From Mytilus trossulus (Eukaryota), in assembly GCF_036588685.1 (NCBI RefSeq), contig NC_086380.1:30008001-30072000 (forward strand): DNA of 64,000 nucleotides, given 5' to 3'. Positions within the stretch are counted from its first letter, which is position 1; each line of letters opens with the position of its first letter. Both the position numbers and the translations under genes were made by a program. Below, piece by piece: positions 62,101-64,000 of the stretch. Below the pieces are notes generated by a model that was given only the letters and a program-made list of their open reading frames with translations, made no database searches and was not told where the DNA came from.

Positions 62101-64000
62101 GAATTATAATAACAATAGTAAATTTATTTTTTATTCTTTAGATTAATGATGGAATTAAAGATATAAATCTGAATGAGAAACATGATTTATCTAAATCAAG
62201 AAGAAAAAGACCAGAAATCCAGAGATATGTACCTAAAGGGAAGATACTGGAAATGCAACAGAATAAAAATGAAGATACAGAATCATCGGGCGAAGTGGGC
62301 GATGTAACGCCCTTGTTTATTGATGAAGGTTCCGATACAAACGATAGAAAAATTGACTTAAAATTGGATGATATCAAGAACATAAAAGTTACTGTTTCAA
62401 AAGATGGTGAATCAAAACAAGTTTCTAGATCAAGATCTAATACGGCTGAGGCACAGAGCGTAGAAGACATGCCATCCGCCTCAAGGTCAAAATCGGAAAC
62501 TCAAAGTACAGAAAAGTATCAAAGGCAACCTTCACAAAAAGGACAATGTGATTACAGAGATTATAAGGGCAGTAAAAGTGATACAAGAAACCAGTATTCT
62601 AATGTTAAAAAGGAAGGTTTCTCTGCAAGTCCAAAACCACAAAGAACTGATAGAAGACAAGGCAAATTTCAGCCCGCTCAGAATAATAACCAGCGTGTAC
62701 CTGATGAAGATTTATCTGACGAAGGAAATGTCATTCAGACAATGGTGTTTGAGAGAAAGGACGATAATCAATCAGATTCAAAACTAACCGTGGAAAACTT
62801 ATCACAGAAGCCACCAAGAGGTAGTGGAAAGCAAGGCTCAAAGAGATACTCAACAAACATGAGACGTCCTAGAGCAGGAAGTTTTAGTAGTGATGTCAGT
62901 ACTGCCAGTGATCTCAGTATTGATGAGGAAACGACGGAAAGAATCCTCTCCTGGGATAGGGAAGTTGAAATGGAAATGGCAAAGCAAGTTCACAATGAAA
63001 CTCAGAAGCTAAAAGAGTATTTAGAAAAACAAGAAAGTAGTGTGGATTGGAATAAGGAAGACAAGCACATGGATTGGAGTGAAATGGTAGCTGACATGCC
63101 TATAGATGATATACAGGATATTCCTCCTGACTGGGAACACATCAAACCGGCAGGATCTGTTGAACTGCTGGATAAGATATCTAGTAGGAAAGAAAATGAA
63201 GACATTGGACAGAGAAATTATCAAAATGCTGGTACATTCCCTAGAAGGAATAAGAGAAATTCTGGTGAGCGAAATAAAGGTAGCTCAATAGAAGGCAGAA
63301 ACGAGAACTGGAATGCTGGCTCGTGGGACAGACGTTGGAACCATGATAATAAAAATAAGCAAGACAATGATGATTATTACAGGGGTTATGACAGAAGGGA
63401 AAGGAGACTAAGTAATGGTTCAACTGGCGGAAGGAGAAGGAGACAGTCCAGGGAATCCAATGGAAGGAGAAGTAGGGATTCTAGTGTGTCAAGTGTACAG
63501 AGTGTTAGAAGTAACCATGGAGATGAGGATATGTATGGATCGTACAGAAGACATAAAAGACAAAATAGTAATTCTAGCTTACGTGGGGGTTCAAGTCGAG
63601 AAAGACTAAATGAGCCAGAAAGTTTGAATATCAAAGTGACAATAGGAAGTGACAGGCGACAAGTTGTTGTTCCCGAAGGGGATGGCAAGCAGCAAGGAAA
63701 AAATGTTGGTAGAGGAAGAGGTAGAGGCAGGCGTCAGCATGGCTTGGATATGAGTCAAGGTCAGAGGGTTGGAAGCAGAGGGCCAAGTGAAGAACCAGAA
63801 AGTATAGATATGCAAAGGAAAGACCAACCTAACAGAGGAGGACACAATAAAGAGGAATCTTCTCGTGGTAGGAATGTTGGGAGAGGTAGAGGTGGTCGTA
63901 GTCGTAGCAAAGAATCTGTAGATTGGAACAGAGATCGTCAGGGCAACAAGGATCTTAGTGATTGGAATAGAGATCGTCAGGGTAACAAGGAACATGGAGA
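56143..64000 (+). CDS. SMG6: SMG6/EST1A nonsense-mediated decay endonuclease, 5' exons (gene continues beyond the window)
   Basis: Exons 56143-56251, 58847-59037 and 62142->64000 (appears open to the window end), phase-consistent GT-AG. N-terminus MAAKLKTVKITYGELENIV resembles human MAEGLERVRISASELRGIL (from memory). Two EJC-binding-motif-like peptides, KRPEIGIYRPP and KRPEIQRYVPK, then a long low-complexity R/G/D/S region. TPR and PIN domains are not in the window. Confidence 0.82.
57957..58232. mobile_element. PIF/Harbinger-type MITE nested in a SINE-like repeat (SMG6 intron 1)
   Basis: TIR GGCCAAAAAAAAAA..ATAGGTGTGTTTCC / GGAAACACACCTAT..TTTTGGCC; 3-bp TSD TTA at 57954-57956 and 58233-58235. 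Confidence 0.8.
59339..62015. mobile_element. Non-autonomous Tc1/mariner(pogo)-type DNA transposon, 2.7 kb (SMG6 intron 2)
   Basis: TIR CAGTACTGTTCAA / TTGAACTGTACTG (12 of 13 match), TA on both sides; no transposase ORF seen. Confidence 0.7.

Noticed and set aside
62138-63995. Minus-strand and alternative-frame ORFs at the window end
   Set aside because: Shadows of the long SMG6 exon that starts at 62142 and was missed by the ORF track because it has no stop in the window.

Overview
AT-rich animal genomic DNA with GT-AG introns. The repeat content suggests a bivalve mollusc, probably Mytilus-like (inference). Host genes: (1) the first coding exon of STYXL1/MK-STYX on the minus strand, head-to-head with (2) an intact 8-exon mitochondrial malate dehydrogenase MDH2 (7157-12813, 341 aa), the same divergent pair as in human; (3) a tandem MDH2 paralog (29586-38498) with intact frame and splice sites but with the catalytic His and Asp changed to Asn, a substrate Arg changed to Glu, an altered Rossmann glycine motif and a new His/Pro-rich N-terminal insert, i.e. 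a candidate metal-binding pseudoenzyme; (4) the 5' part of SMG6/EST1A (56143 to the window end). Mobile DNA: a Tx1/L1 LINE nested in a pol-deleted BEL/Pao element; a Naiad-type Penelope-like retroelement with an N-terminal GIY-YIG domain, four in-frame TGA codons at Cys positions and a SECIS (selenoprotein-coding transposon), nested in a hAT MITE; and a full-length RTE LINE with a 5' HDV-like ribozyme fold inserted into a hammerhead-bearing repeat. There are also Helentron-like elements, Kolobok/Harbinger/mariner-type MITEs, long palindromes and tandem arrays that copy exon ends plus splice donors. All calls come from manual reading and translation; no database searches were run.
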